Of a DNA stretch of 64,000 bases, positions 21,959-34,087 are shown piece by piece (positions within the stretch are counted from its first letter, which is position 1; every line of letters begins with the position of its first letter). This stretch comes from an uncultured Chloroflexia bacterium (lineage in GTDB: Bacteria; Chloroflexota; Ktedonobacteria; Ktedonobacterales; JADMIN01): assembly GCA_963810535.1 (NCBI GenBank), contig CAWENW010000009.1, forward strand, positions 16,363 to 80,362, read 5' to 3'. Under the pieces are notes generated by a model that did no database searches, was not told the origin of the DNA, and saw only the letters and a program-made list of their open reading frames with translations. Made by a program: the position numbers and the translations under genes.

Positions 21959-22452
21959 ACGCGGTCGCGTGGCATCGTTGCCATGTGACGGCCACCCCAA
22001 CCGAGTGTGTGCGGGACTAGTGATGGGACATGCTACAACTGTATTGCGCGACACGGTATGAGACATATCGACTGGCGAAAGACCAATGCTGTGTGACAGG
22101 GAATTTGTATGTTTGGGTTGGACATCGTTACTAGACGCCAAACAAAGCAAGCCACAACACAGTTCATTGAGCAAAAGCTGGAGCAGGTCAATGCCTAGGG
22201 TGGTCTGCTGTGAGGGTATGATCAAAGGGCAGTACAGTGGTGGCGAGTAAAGATGCTCATGAGAATGTCCGCAACTCTGCTCACCTGTTTGGTCAGTGCG
22301 ATGACGGGCACAAGACTCGGAAATCATCCTGACAATGGCAGCACACGTGACGAGTGAACGGAGTTTGAGCACACCTTAACCTGTCCCGCCGAGATGCCGG
22401 ATCTGGGTCCGCCCCGTCGCGCGGCTGAAGGCAACGTAACTACAGCTCCACT

Positions 22453-22482
22453 TTGCCGGGCCGGGCGAGTTTGTGGTATACT
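22453..22482 (+). promoter_or_regulatory. candidate sigma-70-type promoter (TTGCCG - 18 nt - TGgTATACT)
   Basis: -35 at 22453-22458, extended -10 at 22474-22482. It sits in a gene-free stretch and points toward the attenuator-like structure, iscB and pyrR. Confidence 0.45.
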
Positions 22483-22486
22483 CAAC

Positions 22487-22606
22487 GGTCAAGAGAGACC
22501 TCCCTTTAATACCGGCACCGTGAGGCCGGGAAGGAGAAGTACACCGATGTTGCGTGCCCAGTTGCCCCCACCTTCTCTCCACTTCTGGAGGCGAAGGTAT
22601 TTTTTT
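22487..22606 (+). promoter_or_regulatory. candidate PyrR-dependent transcription attenuator (pyr leader)
   Basis: The hairpin GGUC-AAGAGA-GACC (22487-22500) resembles the PyrR-binding consensus aRUCCAGAGAGGYU. GGGAAGGAGAAG (about 22528-22539) can pair either with CCUCCCUU (about 22499-22506) or with the 5' arm of the terminator. The leader ends in the terminator at 22571-22606. Confidence 0.45.
22571..22606 (+). terminator. intrinsic terminator
   Basis: CCTTC-t-CTCCA-cttc-TGGAG-gc-GAAGG followed by TATTTTTTT (seven T at 22600-22606). Confidence 0.75.
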
Positions 22607-22620
22607 GCGGTGGAAAGGTG

Positions 22621-24882
<2,262 letters not shown>

Positions 24883-24886
24883 ACGC

Positions 24887-25912
24887 GTGAAACCATCCAT
24901 ATCATCTCAACTTGAGCGACCCATCGCTCGCCGGCATCTCCTGGATGTCGACGACTGGTCGCCAGATGAAGTCGCCGCGCTGCTCGAACGGGCCGCCTAT
25001 ATGGGCACGCTGCTGGAGCGCCATGAACGGCCGAGCCCGGCGCCGCTGCTCGGTCACCTTATGGTCAATCTCTTCTACGAGAACAGCACCCGGACCCGCG
25101 TCTCGTTCGAGCGAGCTGGAAAGCAGCTAGGCGCCGATGTCACCAACGTTACCGCCTCTGCCAGCAGCGTGACCAAGGGCGAATCAATAGTCGACACGGT
25201 TCGAACCCTGCAAGCGCTGGGTGCCACCATTATCGTGGTGCGCCACAGCAGTTCCGGGGTGCCCGATCTGATTGCGCGCCACTTCCACGGAACTGTCATA
25301 AACGCCGGGGATGGCTGGCATGCTCATCCCAGCCAGGCGCTGCTGGATCTCTATACGCTACAGCGCCATCTGGGCCCGATCCTCGGGCGTCGCATCGTGA
25401 TTCTCGGGGATATTTTGCATAGCCGGGTAGCCAGGTCCAACGCGTGGTTGCTCTCTACTATGGGAGCGGAAGTCGTGCTCTCGGGTCCCCCAACCTTACT
25501 ACCGCCGGCCGCGGCCGAGCTGTACCGCCATCACCCAGTACCGGTAACCGGCCAGCCGCGCCAGGTCATCGTGGAGCCGCGCGTCGAGGTGGCGCTGGCC
25601 GGAGCCGACGCCGTCATGGTGCTGCGATTGCAGAAGGAGCGGCAACAGGCGGGACTGCTGCCGTCGCTGCGGGAGTATACCGCACGCTACGGGCTCACTC
25701 CCTCGCGGCTTCAGCTGGCTAGAGAGGGTGCACTCGTGCTGCATCCCGGCCCCATGAATGAAGGGGTCGAGATCGATCCGGAGGTGGTAACTGGCGACCG
25801 GGCGGTTATCACCGAGCAGGTCGCCAACGGTGTAGCGGTGCGCATGGCACTCATCGACTGCCTGGCCGGCGGAGAAGAACGCGGAGACTCTTCTCGAAAG
25901 GTAGGGAAGTAG
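24887..25912 (+). CDS. pyrB: aspartate carbamoyltransferase catalytic subunit
   Basis: FYENSTRTRVSFE, the HPSQALLD motif (here HAHPSQALLDL) and LHPGPMNEGVEI. GTG start 4 nt after the pyrR stop. Confidence 0.9.
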   Translation: MKPSISSQLERPIARRHLLDVDDWSPDEVAALLERAAYMGTLLERHERPSPAPLLGHLMVNLFYENSTRTRVSFERAGKQLGADVTNVTASASSVTKGESIVDTVRTLQALGATIIVVRHSSSGVPDLIARHFHGTVINAGDGWHAHPSQALLDLYTLQRHLGPILGRRIVILGDILHSRVARSNAWLLSTMGAEVVLSGPPTLLPPAAAELYRHHPVPVTGQPRQVIVEPRVEVALAGADAVMVLRLQKERQQAGLLPSLREYTARYGLTPSRLQLAREGALVLHPGPMNEGVEIDPEVVTGDRAVITEQVANGVAVRMALIDCLAGGEERGDSSRKVGK

Positions 25913-25914
25913 CG

Positions 25915-27303
25915 ATGCGAGAGGATGCCGAGCAGCCGCGGGCCATCTGGTTACGCGGCATGCGACTGGTAGACCCAAGCCAGAACATCGACCGGCGCGG
26001 GGCGCTGCTAGTGGTGGACGGCAGGGTCGCTTCGGCTGGAGATGAAGAGTACGTGGCCACGCAGGTAGCGCCAGAGTACGGGCCGCCGCTGCTCCGCGAC
26101 CTGCCGGAGCGCTGGGTTCTCGCACCCGGCCTGGTAGACTTGCATGTGCACCTGCGCGAGCCGGGATTTGAGGCCAAGGAGACCATCCGGACCGGCGGAG
26201 AAGCAGCGGCGCGCGGCGGCTTCACGACGATCTGCTGTATGCCCAATACTGATCCAGTCATCGACACCAGCGCGGTAATCGAGCTGGTGAGAAGACGAGC
26301 CCAGGACTCCAAAGTCCGCATCCATCCTATCGCCGCCATATCCCGGGGCCAGCGGGGCGCGGAGCTCGCCGATCTGCTGGAGCTGGCGGCGGCCGGCGCG
26401 GTCGCTTTCTCCGACGATGGCCATCCGCTAGTGAGCGCCAAGCTGACGCGCTCAGCGTTGGAGTACGTTACCCCACTCGGATTACCGTTGGTGGAGCATT
26501 GCCAGGATCTGGAGCTTGCCGGCGAGGGAGTGATGAACGAGGGGCAGGTCGCGACCTGGCTGGGACTGGCCGGCTGGCCGGACGTCGCCGAAGAGGTGAT
26601 GCTGGCGCGCGACCTGGCGCTGGTGCGTCTCACCGGCGCTCGGTATCATGCCGCGCATCTGAGTACCGCCGGCTCGGTGGCGCTGATCCGCGAGGCCAAG
26701 CGGCAGGGGCTGCCGGTTACCGCCGAGGTCACTCCTCATCATCTGCTGCTTACTGACAATTGGGTCGCCGGCCTGCGAAGCGGGCCGCTGGCGGAGGCGC
26801 TGCTCTCTGTCGGGATCTCACTTCCCTCCGGCCATCGCTACGATACCGCCTGCAAGGTGAATCCGCCATTACGCCGGGCTGACGACTGCCAGGCGCTGCT
26901 GGATGGACTGCGAGACGGCACCATCGACGCCATCGCCACCGACCATGCGCCCCATACTCTGGTCGAGAAGGACTGCGATTTCGATAGCGCCGCATTCGGC
27001 ATCTCCGGACTGGAGACCGCGCTGGCATCGCTGCTCTCGCTGGTGCATGCCGGATGGATAAGCCTCTCGCAGCTCATCTCCGCGCTCAGCGAGCGGCCCG
27101 CGCGGGCCTGGAATCTCGAGGGCGGCACGCTGCGGCCTGGCGCTCCCGCCGATTTTGTTGTCATCGATCCCGAGGAAGAATGGGTTGTCGACCCGGCCAG
27201 CTTCGCGTCACTGGGCCGTAACACGCCGCTCGAAGGTCTACGACTGCGTGGACGCGTGCGAGAGACCTGGGTCGGCGGCTCTCTGGTCTACACCGAACGG
27301 TAA
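25915..27303 (+). CDS. pyrC: dihydroorotase
   Basis: PGLVDLHVHLREPG, AEVTPHHL, ATDHAPH. Confidence 0.9.
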   Translation: MREDAEQPRAIWLRGMRLVDPSQNIDRRGALLVVDGRVASAGDEEYVATQVAPEYGPPLLRDLPERWVLAPGLVDLHVHLREPGFEAKETIRTGGEAAARGGFTTICCMPNTDPVIDTSAVIELVRRRAQDSKVRIHPIAAISRGQRGAELADLLELAAAGAVAFSDDGHPLVSAKLTRSALEYVTPLGLPLVEHCQDLELAGEGVMNEGQVATWLGLAGWPDVAEEVMLARDLALVRLTGARYHAAHLSTAGSVALIREAKRQGLPVTAEVTPHHLLLTDNWVAGLRSGPLAEALLSVGISLPSGHRYDTACKVNPPLRRADDCQALLDGLRDGTIDAIATDHAPHTLVEKDCDFDSAAFGISGLETALASLLSLVHAGWISLSQLISALSERPARAWNLEGGTLRPGAPADFVVIDPEEEWVVDPASFASLGRNTPLEGLRLRGRVRETWVGGSLVYTER

Positions 27304-27322
27304 AGGAAGCGGAGGAGACGAT

Positions 27323-28544
27323 TTGGAACACCTACCTAGTGGTAGAAATGACATGGGGGCGGTTCTCGTGCTGGAAGACGGCCGGTGCTTTCACGGCCGG
27401 CCCTTTGGCGCGGTGGAGGCCCTCGCATCCGGGCGTAAGGGCGAAGTAGTATTCGCTACCAGTATGACCGGCTACCAGGAAATCTGTACCGATCCCTCCT
27501 ACCGCGGCCAGATGGTGGTGATGACCTACCCCCTCATCGGAAATTACGGCGTCGCTCCCGACGATGCAGAGTCGCGCCGGCCCTGGCTCTCCGCCCTGAT
27601 AGTCCGAGAGTATACTGATGAGTACAGCAACTGGCGCGCCGCCGAGTCGCTCGACGCCTATCTCCACCGCTTCGGTATACCTGGCTTGGCCGACCTGGAT
27701 ACTCGTGCCCTAACCCGTCACCTGCGCGCCCATGGAACCTTGCGCGGAATCATCATGGGCTATTCAGGCAGTAACCAGCCCGACATCACCAACGCTCCAA
27801 GCCGCCGCCCGTGAAGTGCGGACCGTGACCGAGCTGGACGTCGTCGACGAGGTAGCCGAGCATCCGGGCGGCGAGGTGAGAACCTGGATTGGATCAACGC
27901 CGCCCGATGCGCCAAGCGTCCTGCTCATCGATACCGGCTATAAAGAAAATATCGCCCGGTGTCTCCTCGAGCGGGGGATACGCGTCATGATCGCGCCGTA
28001 CACCATCGACCTGGACCAGATACGACGGCTATCGCCCGACGGCATCGTGCTCGCCAATGGACCGGGCGATCCGGAGAGTCTCTCCCAGCTCACCCGCGTC
28101 GTCGGCGCTCTCATTCGGGAGCCGCATCCCATTCCTCTCTTCGGCATCTGTCTGGGTCACCAGATCATCGGACTGGCCGCCGGAGCCCAGACCAGCCGGC
28201 TGCCGTTTGGCCATCATGGGGGGAATCATCCGGTACGTGAGCAGCGCACCGGCAGAGTCACCATTACCTCACAGAACCATAACTTCCAGGTAGATGCCGC
28301 CTCCCTACCGGTAGAGAGCGGGTTTTATGTCAGCCATACCAATCTCTCAGATGGAAGCGTCGAAGGGCTGGCGCATAAACAGCTACCCATTTTTTCGGTA
28401 CAGTACCATCCAGAGGCCGCACCCGGTCCCGAGGATAACCGGCTGCTCTTCGATCGTTTCGCCGGCCTGATACGGGCCCAACCGACCGCGACTTCACCGG
28501 ACTCGCCACATCAGGAGGAGATGCCAAGCCGTGCCGCTACGTAA
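27323..28544 (+). pseudogene. carA: carbamoyl-phosphate synthase small subunit, frame break near 27780-27815
   Basis: The N-terminal CPSase small-chain part (VLVLEDG..TGYQEICTDPSYRGQ..TYPLIGNYG) runs in the frame ending at 27814. The GATase part (GICLGHQ..VQYHPEA) is in the +1 frame from about 27790. Both are collinear with CarA. Confidence 0.8.
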
Positions 28545-31500
28545 GGACGTCAATTCGGTGCTGGTCATAGGATCAGGACCGATCATCATAGGGCAGGCCG
28601 CCGAGTTCGATTACGCCGGCACACAGGCCTGTAAAGCGCTTCGCGAAGAAGGCCGGCGCGTCATCCTGGTCAACTCCAATCCCGCGACCATTATGACCGA
28701 TGAGGGAATCGCCGACGCGACCTACATCGAGCCGCTTACCGTTCCGGTGCTGGAGCGGATCATCGAGCGAGAGAGGCCCGACGGCCTGCTGGCTACGCTC
28801 GGGGGGCAGACCGGTCTCAACCTGGCGGTCGAGCTGTCGCAGGCGGGGGTACTGGAGCGGTACAACGTCAAGCTGCTGGGCACCTCGCTCTCAACCATAC
28901 TCCGCGCCGAGGACCGCGAGCTCTTTAAGCAGCTACTGCTCGACCTGGGCATCGAAGTACCACCCAGCCGGACGGTCACCACCCTGGAGGGTGCCCTCGA
29001 CTTTGCCGGGACCATTGGTCTGCCGGTCGTCATCCGTCCCGCCTTTACGCTGGGAGGGACCGGGGGCGGCGTGGCGAGAACCCGCGCCGAGCTGGCCCGC
29101 ATCGCCGAATCGGGGCTCGCGGCCAGCCCCATAGGTCAGATACTGGTCGAGCAGTACCTGCGAGGATGGAAAGAGCTCGAGTACGAGGTGTTGCGGGATG
29201 CGGCGGATACCTGCATTACCGTCTGCAACATGGAGAACTTCGACCCTCTCGGCATTCATACCGGTGACAGTATTGTGGTGGCGCCCAGCCAGACTCTCTC
29301 CGACCGTGAGCACCAGATGCTGCGAAGCGCCTCACTTCGGATCATTCGCGCCCTGGGGGTCGAGGGCGGCTGCAACATCCAGTTCGCCCTCGATCCGCAT
29401 TCGCTCCAGTTTTATGTGATCGAAGTCAACCCCCGGGTCAGCCGGAGCTCGGCGCTGGCCTCGAAAGCGACCGGGTATCCCATAGCCCGGGTGGCCGCCA
29501 AGATCGCCCTGGGATTACAGCTCGACGAGATCAAGAATCAAATTACCGGCGTGACGGTAGCGGCCTTCGAGCCCGCGCTCGACTACTGCGTGGTGAAGAT
29601 ACCGCGCTGGCCGTTCGATAAGTTCCCTCAGGCGGATCGGCTGCTGGGAACGCAGATGAAGGCAACCGGCGAGGTCATGGCCATCGACCGTACCTTCGAG
29701 GCCGCGCTGCAGAAGGCCATGCGTTCCCTTGAGCTACGACCGCCTGGCGGAGACTCCAGCGGATGAGCCGGAGGCCGGCACCGAGCCTGCAGGCGGAGCC
29801 GCCACCGGAGCTTCCAGCGGTGCCGACAACGGTACCGGAGGCCACTGACCTCCGCCTCTGGCGACTGCTACAGGCGATACGGGGCGATACCTCCGATGCC
29901 CACCTCGCCGAGCTGGCGAGCCAGACCGGCATCGATCACTGGTTTCTTGCCAAGCTACGCAACATCGTGACCATGGAGCGGCGTCTCTGCGAGGAGCCGC
30001 TCTCGCGCGAGCTGCTACTCGCGGCCAAGCGTCTCGGCTTCGCCGATTTTCGGATTGAAGAGCTAAACTTAGGCGCGCCGCAAGTGCCGCCAAACCCCAG
30101 CTACGAGTCCGGCAGAACCCACGACGGCATGCGTATTCGTTTGCTGCGGCGGCGGTGGGGCATCCGCCCTACCTACAAGATGGTAGACACCTGCGCCGCC
30201 GAGTTTCCGGCGCTCACTCCATATTTCTACAGCACTTATGAGGAAGAGAATGAGGCCGAGCCGCTCGAGGGACCACGCGCGGTGGTACTGGGCTCAGGTC
30301 CAATCCGCATTGGGCAGGGCATCGAGTTCGATTACTGCTCGGTACGAGCGGCGCTTGAGCTGCAGAGTGCCGGGACGAAGAGCATCTTGATCAACTCCAA
30401 TCCGGAGACGGTCAGCACCGACTTTGATGTCTCCGACCGCCTCTACTTCGAGCCGCTTGATCTAGAAAGCGTCCTGAACGTCCTCGAGAATGAGGGGCGT
30501 GACGGCGAGCTTCCGCCAGTGATCACCCAGTTCGGCGGCCAGACCGCTATAGGGTTGGTCTCGGGTCTTTCCGCCTATGGGGTGACGCTTCTCGGTACCG
30601 GAGCCGAGAGTATCGACGCGGCTGAGGATCGCTATCGGTTTGACGCGCTCATGGAGGAGCTGGGAGTGCCGCGACCGCGGGGAGCCGCGATCACAAGCGT
30701 CGAAGCCGCGCTCGAGACCGCGTCTGACATTGGCTATCCGGTGCTGGTGCGGCCCTCGTATGTGCTCGGGGGCCGCGGCATGGAAATCGTGCGTAGCGAG
30801 GCTGAGCTGCAACGGTATATGGCGCAGACGGTAGCCGAGTTTGGCGAGCATCCCATCCTTATCGACCGATACCTGAGCGGTCGTGAGGTCGAGGTCGACG
30901 CCCTGGGCGACGGCGCCGACGTGCTGATACCGGGAATCATGGAGCACATCGAACGGGCCGGCGTTCACTCCGGCGATAGCTTCGCCGTCTATCCGTCGCA
31001 GCAATCTCACCCAGGATGAGATCGAGACTATCGCCGGGTATACGCGGCGGATAGCCCTGGCCCTGGGAGTACGGGGGCTGGTCAACGCGCAGTTTGTCGT
31101 GACTGCCGAAGGCGCCTTCGGTGGTCACGACAGTTCGGACGGCCATGTCTACGTCCTGGAGGTTAACCCGCGGGCATCTCGAACGGTACCGTTCCTCTCC
31201 AAGGTTACCGGCGTCCCAATGGTGGCGTTGGCGACCCGTATCGCTCTGGGTGAGTCGCTGGCGCAGCTGGGCTACGGCGGGTTGCCAAATGGTCTCTGGC
31301 CGGAGCCGCCGCTGGTGGCGGTGAAGGGTCCAGTCTTTTCTATGGCCAAGATTACTGGCGGTGAAATGGCGCTCAGCCCTGAAATGAAAAGCACCGGCGA
31401 GGTGCTGGGAGTAGACCGGTCGTACTCCGCCTCGCTCACCAAGGCGCTGCTAGCGGCTCACATCGAGATTCCCGTTCAGGACGGTGTCGCCTTCGTCTCG

Positions 31501-31900
31501 CTGGCCGACCGAGATAAGCCAGAGTCTCTGCCGATTCTGCGCCGGCTGTCACGAAGCCGGCTACTCCTTCTACGCCACGCCGGGCACGGCGGCGTACCTG
31601 GCCGCCGACGGCATTCCCTCCGCCCCGGTGAGCCGTATTCGCAGCGGCGACGATACGATTCTGCAGCTCATACGGGAGCATCGGGTACAGCTGGTGCTGA
31701 ACACGCTGACCGGGGGCGGCGGCCGACTGCGGGAGGGAAGCGAGATGCGCGACGGATTCGAGATTCGCCGCAGCGCAGTTGAGAGCGGCGTGCCTTGCCT
31801 GACGTCACTGGATACCGCGCGGGCGGTGGTAGAGGCACGCTTCGGCGCCAGTGGCTACAGCGTCCTGCCGCTGATTGAGTACCGAGATGGCGTCCGGTCG
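28531..31900 (+). pseudogene. carB: carbamoyl-phosphate synthase large subunit, pieces in four frame segments
   Basis: CarB-collinear segments: 28531-29766 ([21 protein letters not shown]...), 29763-31019 (second ATP-grasp half), about 31001-31550 (LEVNPRASRTVPF...) and about 31550-31890 (MGS-like HEAGYSFYATPGTA...). Frame changes at about 29760, 31005 and 31550. There is no in-frame stop near the expected C-terminus, so the 3' end is approximate. Confidence 0.8.
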
Positions 31901-31932
31901 AGAGAACTGAGGATGCGCTGCTACCTGCCCCC

Positions 31933-32645
31933 CTACTTGCCTCGCCGTATGAGGAAGAGCGTTACCCCCTCAACCAGCAGCGCGACCACTATAGCGCTTA
32001 TGAATGCTCCCGCTATAGACATACGGCCAAGCAGCAGCGAGAGCGAGAGAAAAAAACCCGCGAAAGCGAACTGCCCCAAGAGGAGGCCACGCAGCACGCG
32101 AGCGGCATCGTGTGGGCCCTGCTGCTGGTGGGCGAAGATAACCAGTATCGAGGCATACAGAGGGAAAGGGGCCAGGAGGCCCGCCAGCTGCGGACCCAGC
32201 GCCGGGGCCAGACCGGTGAGTAGCAGCACGAAGATGGCGGCGATGACCATGCGAGCCGGTAAATCCCAGGCCGGCGCTCCGCCAGCCTTCCCCCGCCGCG
32301 GCAGCGTCTGCTCTTCCCCGTAGGCCGGCTCGCTCTCCGCCGCCATGGGCCGCATCCAGACGAATGCGCACGAGAGGACGGTGACCGCGACCAGAAAGAG
32401 GGGTAGCGGCGGTACGCTATGCAGGTGTGAGAAGACGAGGTTGAGGAGTAGGGTCGAGATCAGGAATCCGGCGACCGCTACCGGGGCTGCCCGCCACCAT
32501 TTCCAGCGGAATGCCGCCCATCCATAGACGAGCGCGAAAGCCGCATCGGAGATAGCCCCGGCCAGCGTGCCGGTCGCGGCCGCGGCGGCGAAGGCGGCGC
32601 CATGATCCAGGGCGAGGAAGAAGATGACGGGTCCGGAGGTGAAGG
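31933..32645 (-). pseudogene. integral membrane protein gene, C-terminal part (interrupted by the TnpB element)
   Basis: The minus-strand frame reads FTSGPVIFFLALDHGAAFAAAAATG...LVEGVTLFLIRRGK from 32643 down to the stop at 31933. It continues the N-terminal fragment at 34072-34174 in frame if 32646-34071 is removed. Confidence 0.7.
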
Positions 32646-32667
32646 GTTATGAATAGTTGCAGAGAAT

Positions 32668-32717
32668 GTACCCATATGTACCCATGTGTACCCATGTGTC
32701 TCCTTGTGTTCTCCTTG
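32668..32717 (+). repeat. five tandem 10-nt units in the element's left end (GTACCCATAT/GTACCCATGT/GTACCCATGT/GTCTCCTTGT/GTTCTCCTTG)
   Basis: Read directly. Copy 2 has four units at the equivalent place (about 37433-37472). Confidence 0.8.
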
Positions 32718-32813
32718 ACCGCAGCAGCAGAACATGATACACGTGTTCTAGCAATCGAGGAGTGAAGGCCTCCCTTTCGACAGGATGGCGGGGGAGGGTC
32801 GGAGAGATACGGG

Positions 32814-34055
32814 ATGCTGGTACAGCGAGCATACAAAACGGAGCTGGACCTCAACAATCGGCAGGTGACGGCCTGCCGCCAGCATGCTGGCGCCGCACGG
32901 TGGGCCTACAACTGGGGACTCCGGATCAAGCAGGAACGCTCTACCGCGAGCAAGAGGAGTCCCACTGCCATCGACCTGCACCGCGAGCTCAATGCCCTGA
33001 AAAAGACAGACGTGCCCTGGATGTATCGGGTCTCCAAGTGTGCGCCGCAGGAAGCCCTCTGGAACCTGGATGCCGCCTTCCAGCAGTTCTTTCGCCGGTG
33101 TGCCCTCAAGAAACAGGGCAGGTGGACCGGGAAGCTCGGGTATCCCCGTTTCAAGACCAAGAAGAAAGGACTGGGCAGCTTTCGGCTCACCGGCTCCATC
33201 GTGGTGTCGGAGAAAGCGATTGTGCTGCCCCGATTGGGTCGACTGCGGCTCAAAGAGCGCGAGTACCTGCCGACCTCAGGGGTAAAGATCCTCTCAGCCA
33301 CAGTGAGCGAGCAGGCTGGGCGCTGGTATGTGAGTGTCCAGGTGGAAGAGGAGCTGGCGGTACCCGAGAATACCGGGCCGGTCGTGGGGATCGATCTGGG
33401 GATCAAGAGTCTGGCGACCCTCTCCGATGGAACGGTGATCCCCAATCCGCGCCACCTGAAACGGCGTCTGAAGAAGCTCAAGCGGTTACAGCGAGTGGTG
33501 AGCCGGCGGAAGAAAGGCGGCAAGAACCGCAAGAAGGCGGTGCGCAAGCTCGCCACGCTGCATCGGCAGATCACGAACCAACGACGCAATACGCTGCATC
33601 AGGTCACGACCAGGCTGGCGAAAACCAAGTCGGTGCTGGTCATCGAAGATCTGAACGTCAGCGGGATGCTCAAGAACCACCATCTGGCGCAAGCCATTGG
33701 TGATGTGGGCTGGTATGAGTTCAAGCGGCAGCTGCTCTATAAAGCTAGCTGGTATGGGTCGCGAGTGATCCTGGCGGATCGGTGGGAGCCCTCCAGCAAG
33801 CGGTGTAGCGGCTGCGGGTGGGTCGACGAGGATCTGACGCTCTCAGATCGGGTCTATCACTGTGAGCAGTGTGGGCTGGTGCTGGATCGGGATCTGAATG
33901 CCGCGATCAATCTGATGCAACTGGCCGGGAGTTCCTCGGACAGTCACAACGCCTGTGGAGCTGTCAGCTCTGGCGCGAGGTCTCGGCGTCGCGTGAAACT
34001 GACGGCCGTGAAGCAGGAACCTAACGCCAAGGGTGGCTTGTCCATACTTGGGTAG
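32814..34055 (+). CDS. tnpB: TnpB, OMEGA RNA-guided RuvC endonuclease (intact)
   Basis: N-terminus MLVQRAYKTELDLNNRQ (OrfB_IS605 type), RuvC-I VVGIDLGIKSLATLSDG, RuvC-II VLVIEDLNVSGM, zinc ribbon CSGCG..CEQCG, Ruv[14 protein letters not shown]. Confidence 0.9.
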   Translation: MLVQRAYKTELDLNNRQVTACRQHAGAARWAYNWGLRIKQERSTASKRSPTAIDLHRELNALKKTDVPWMYRVSKCAPQEALWNLDAAFQQFFRRCALKKQGRWTGKLGYPRFKTKKKGLGSFRLTGSIVVSEKAIVLPRLGRLRLKEREYLPTSGVKILSATVSEQAGRWYVSVQVEEELAVPENTGPVVGIDLGIKSLATLSDGTVIPNPRHLKRRLKKLKRLQRVVSRRKKGGKNRKKAVRKLATLHRQITNQRRNTLHQVTTRLAKTKSVLVIEDLNVSGMLKNHHLAQAIGDVGWYEFKRQLLYKASWYGSRVILADRWEPSSKRCSGCGWVDEDLTLSDRVYHCEQCGLVLDRDLNAAINLMQLAGSSSDSHNACGAVSSGARSRRRVKLTAVKQEPNAKGGLSILG

Positions 34056-34087
34056 GTTTTGGAGAACGGTAGTCCAATCAGCCAGCC
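33900..34087 (+). ncRNA. candidate TnpB omegaRNA/reRNA: scaffold over the tnpB 3' end plus right end, guide = first about 16 nt of flank
   Basis: By analogy with characterised TnpB elements. The 3' 170 nt are the best-conserved part between the copies, and the hairpin at 33974-33993 shows a compensatory G:C to A:T change. The 5' limit is a guess. Confidence 0.45.

Larger units (their letters stand above)
32646..34071 (+). mobile_element. TnpB-only IS200/IS605-family (IS1341-like) element, copy 1
   Basis: Similarity to the second copy begins at G(G)GTTATGAATAGTTGCAGAGAAT and ends at GGAGAACGGTA. Flanks on both sides are unrelated between copies. Edges are ambiguous by 1-2 nt. No tnpA. Confidence 0.85.

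Noticed and set aside
29740-29780. Natural split of carB into two translationally coupled genes at the ATGA overlap
   Set aside because: Not excluded, but known natural carB splits lie between the two homologous halves rather than about 410 aa in. The same gene also has two further breaks inside conserved blocks, so a frameshift is the more economical reading.
31900-32323. Long C-terminal tail of the last carB frame (ORF 31484-32323) as real coding sequence
   Set aside because: It runs antisense through the convergent membrane-protein gene, whose hydrophobic reading frame is convincing. The lack of a stop is attributed to the G+C-rich antisense frame and to loss or shift of the true carB stop.
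32762-33703. 313-aa ORF overlapping tnpB in another frame (also 32906-33589 minus, 37908-38486 minus, 37325-38011 minus)
   Set aside because: These are shadow frames of a G+C-rich gene with Arg/Gly/Pro/Ser-dominated composition. The TnpB frame carries all recognisable motifs.
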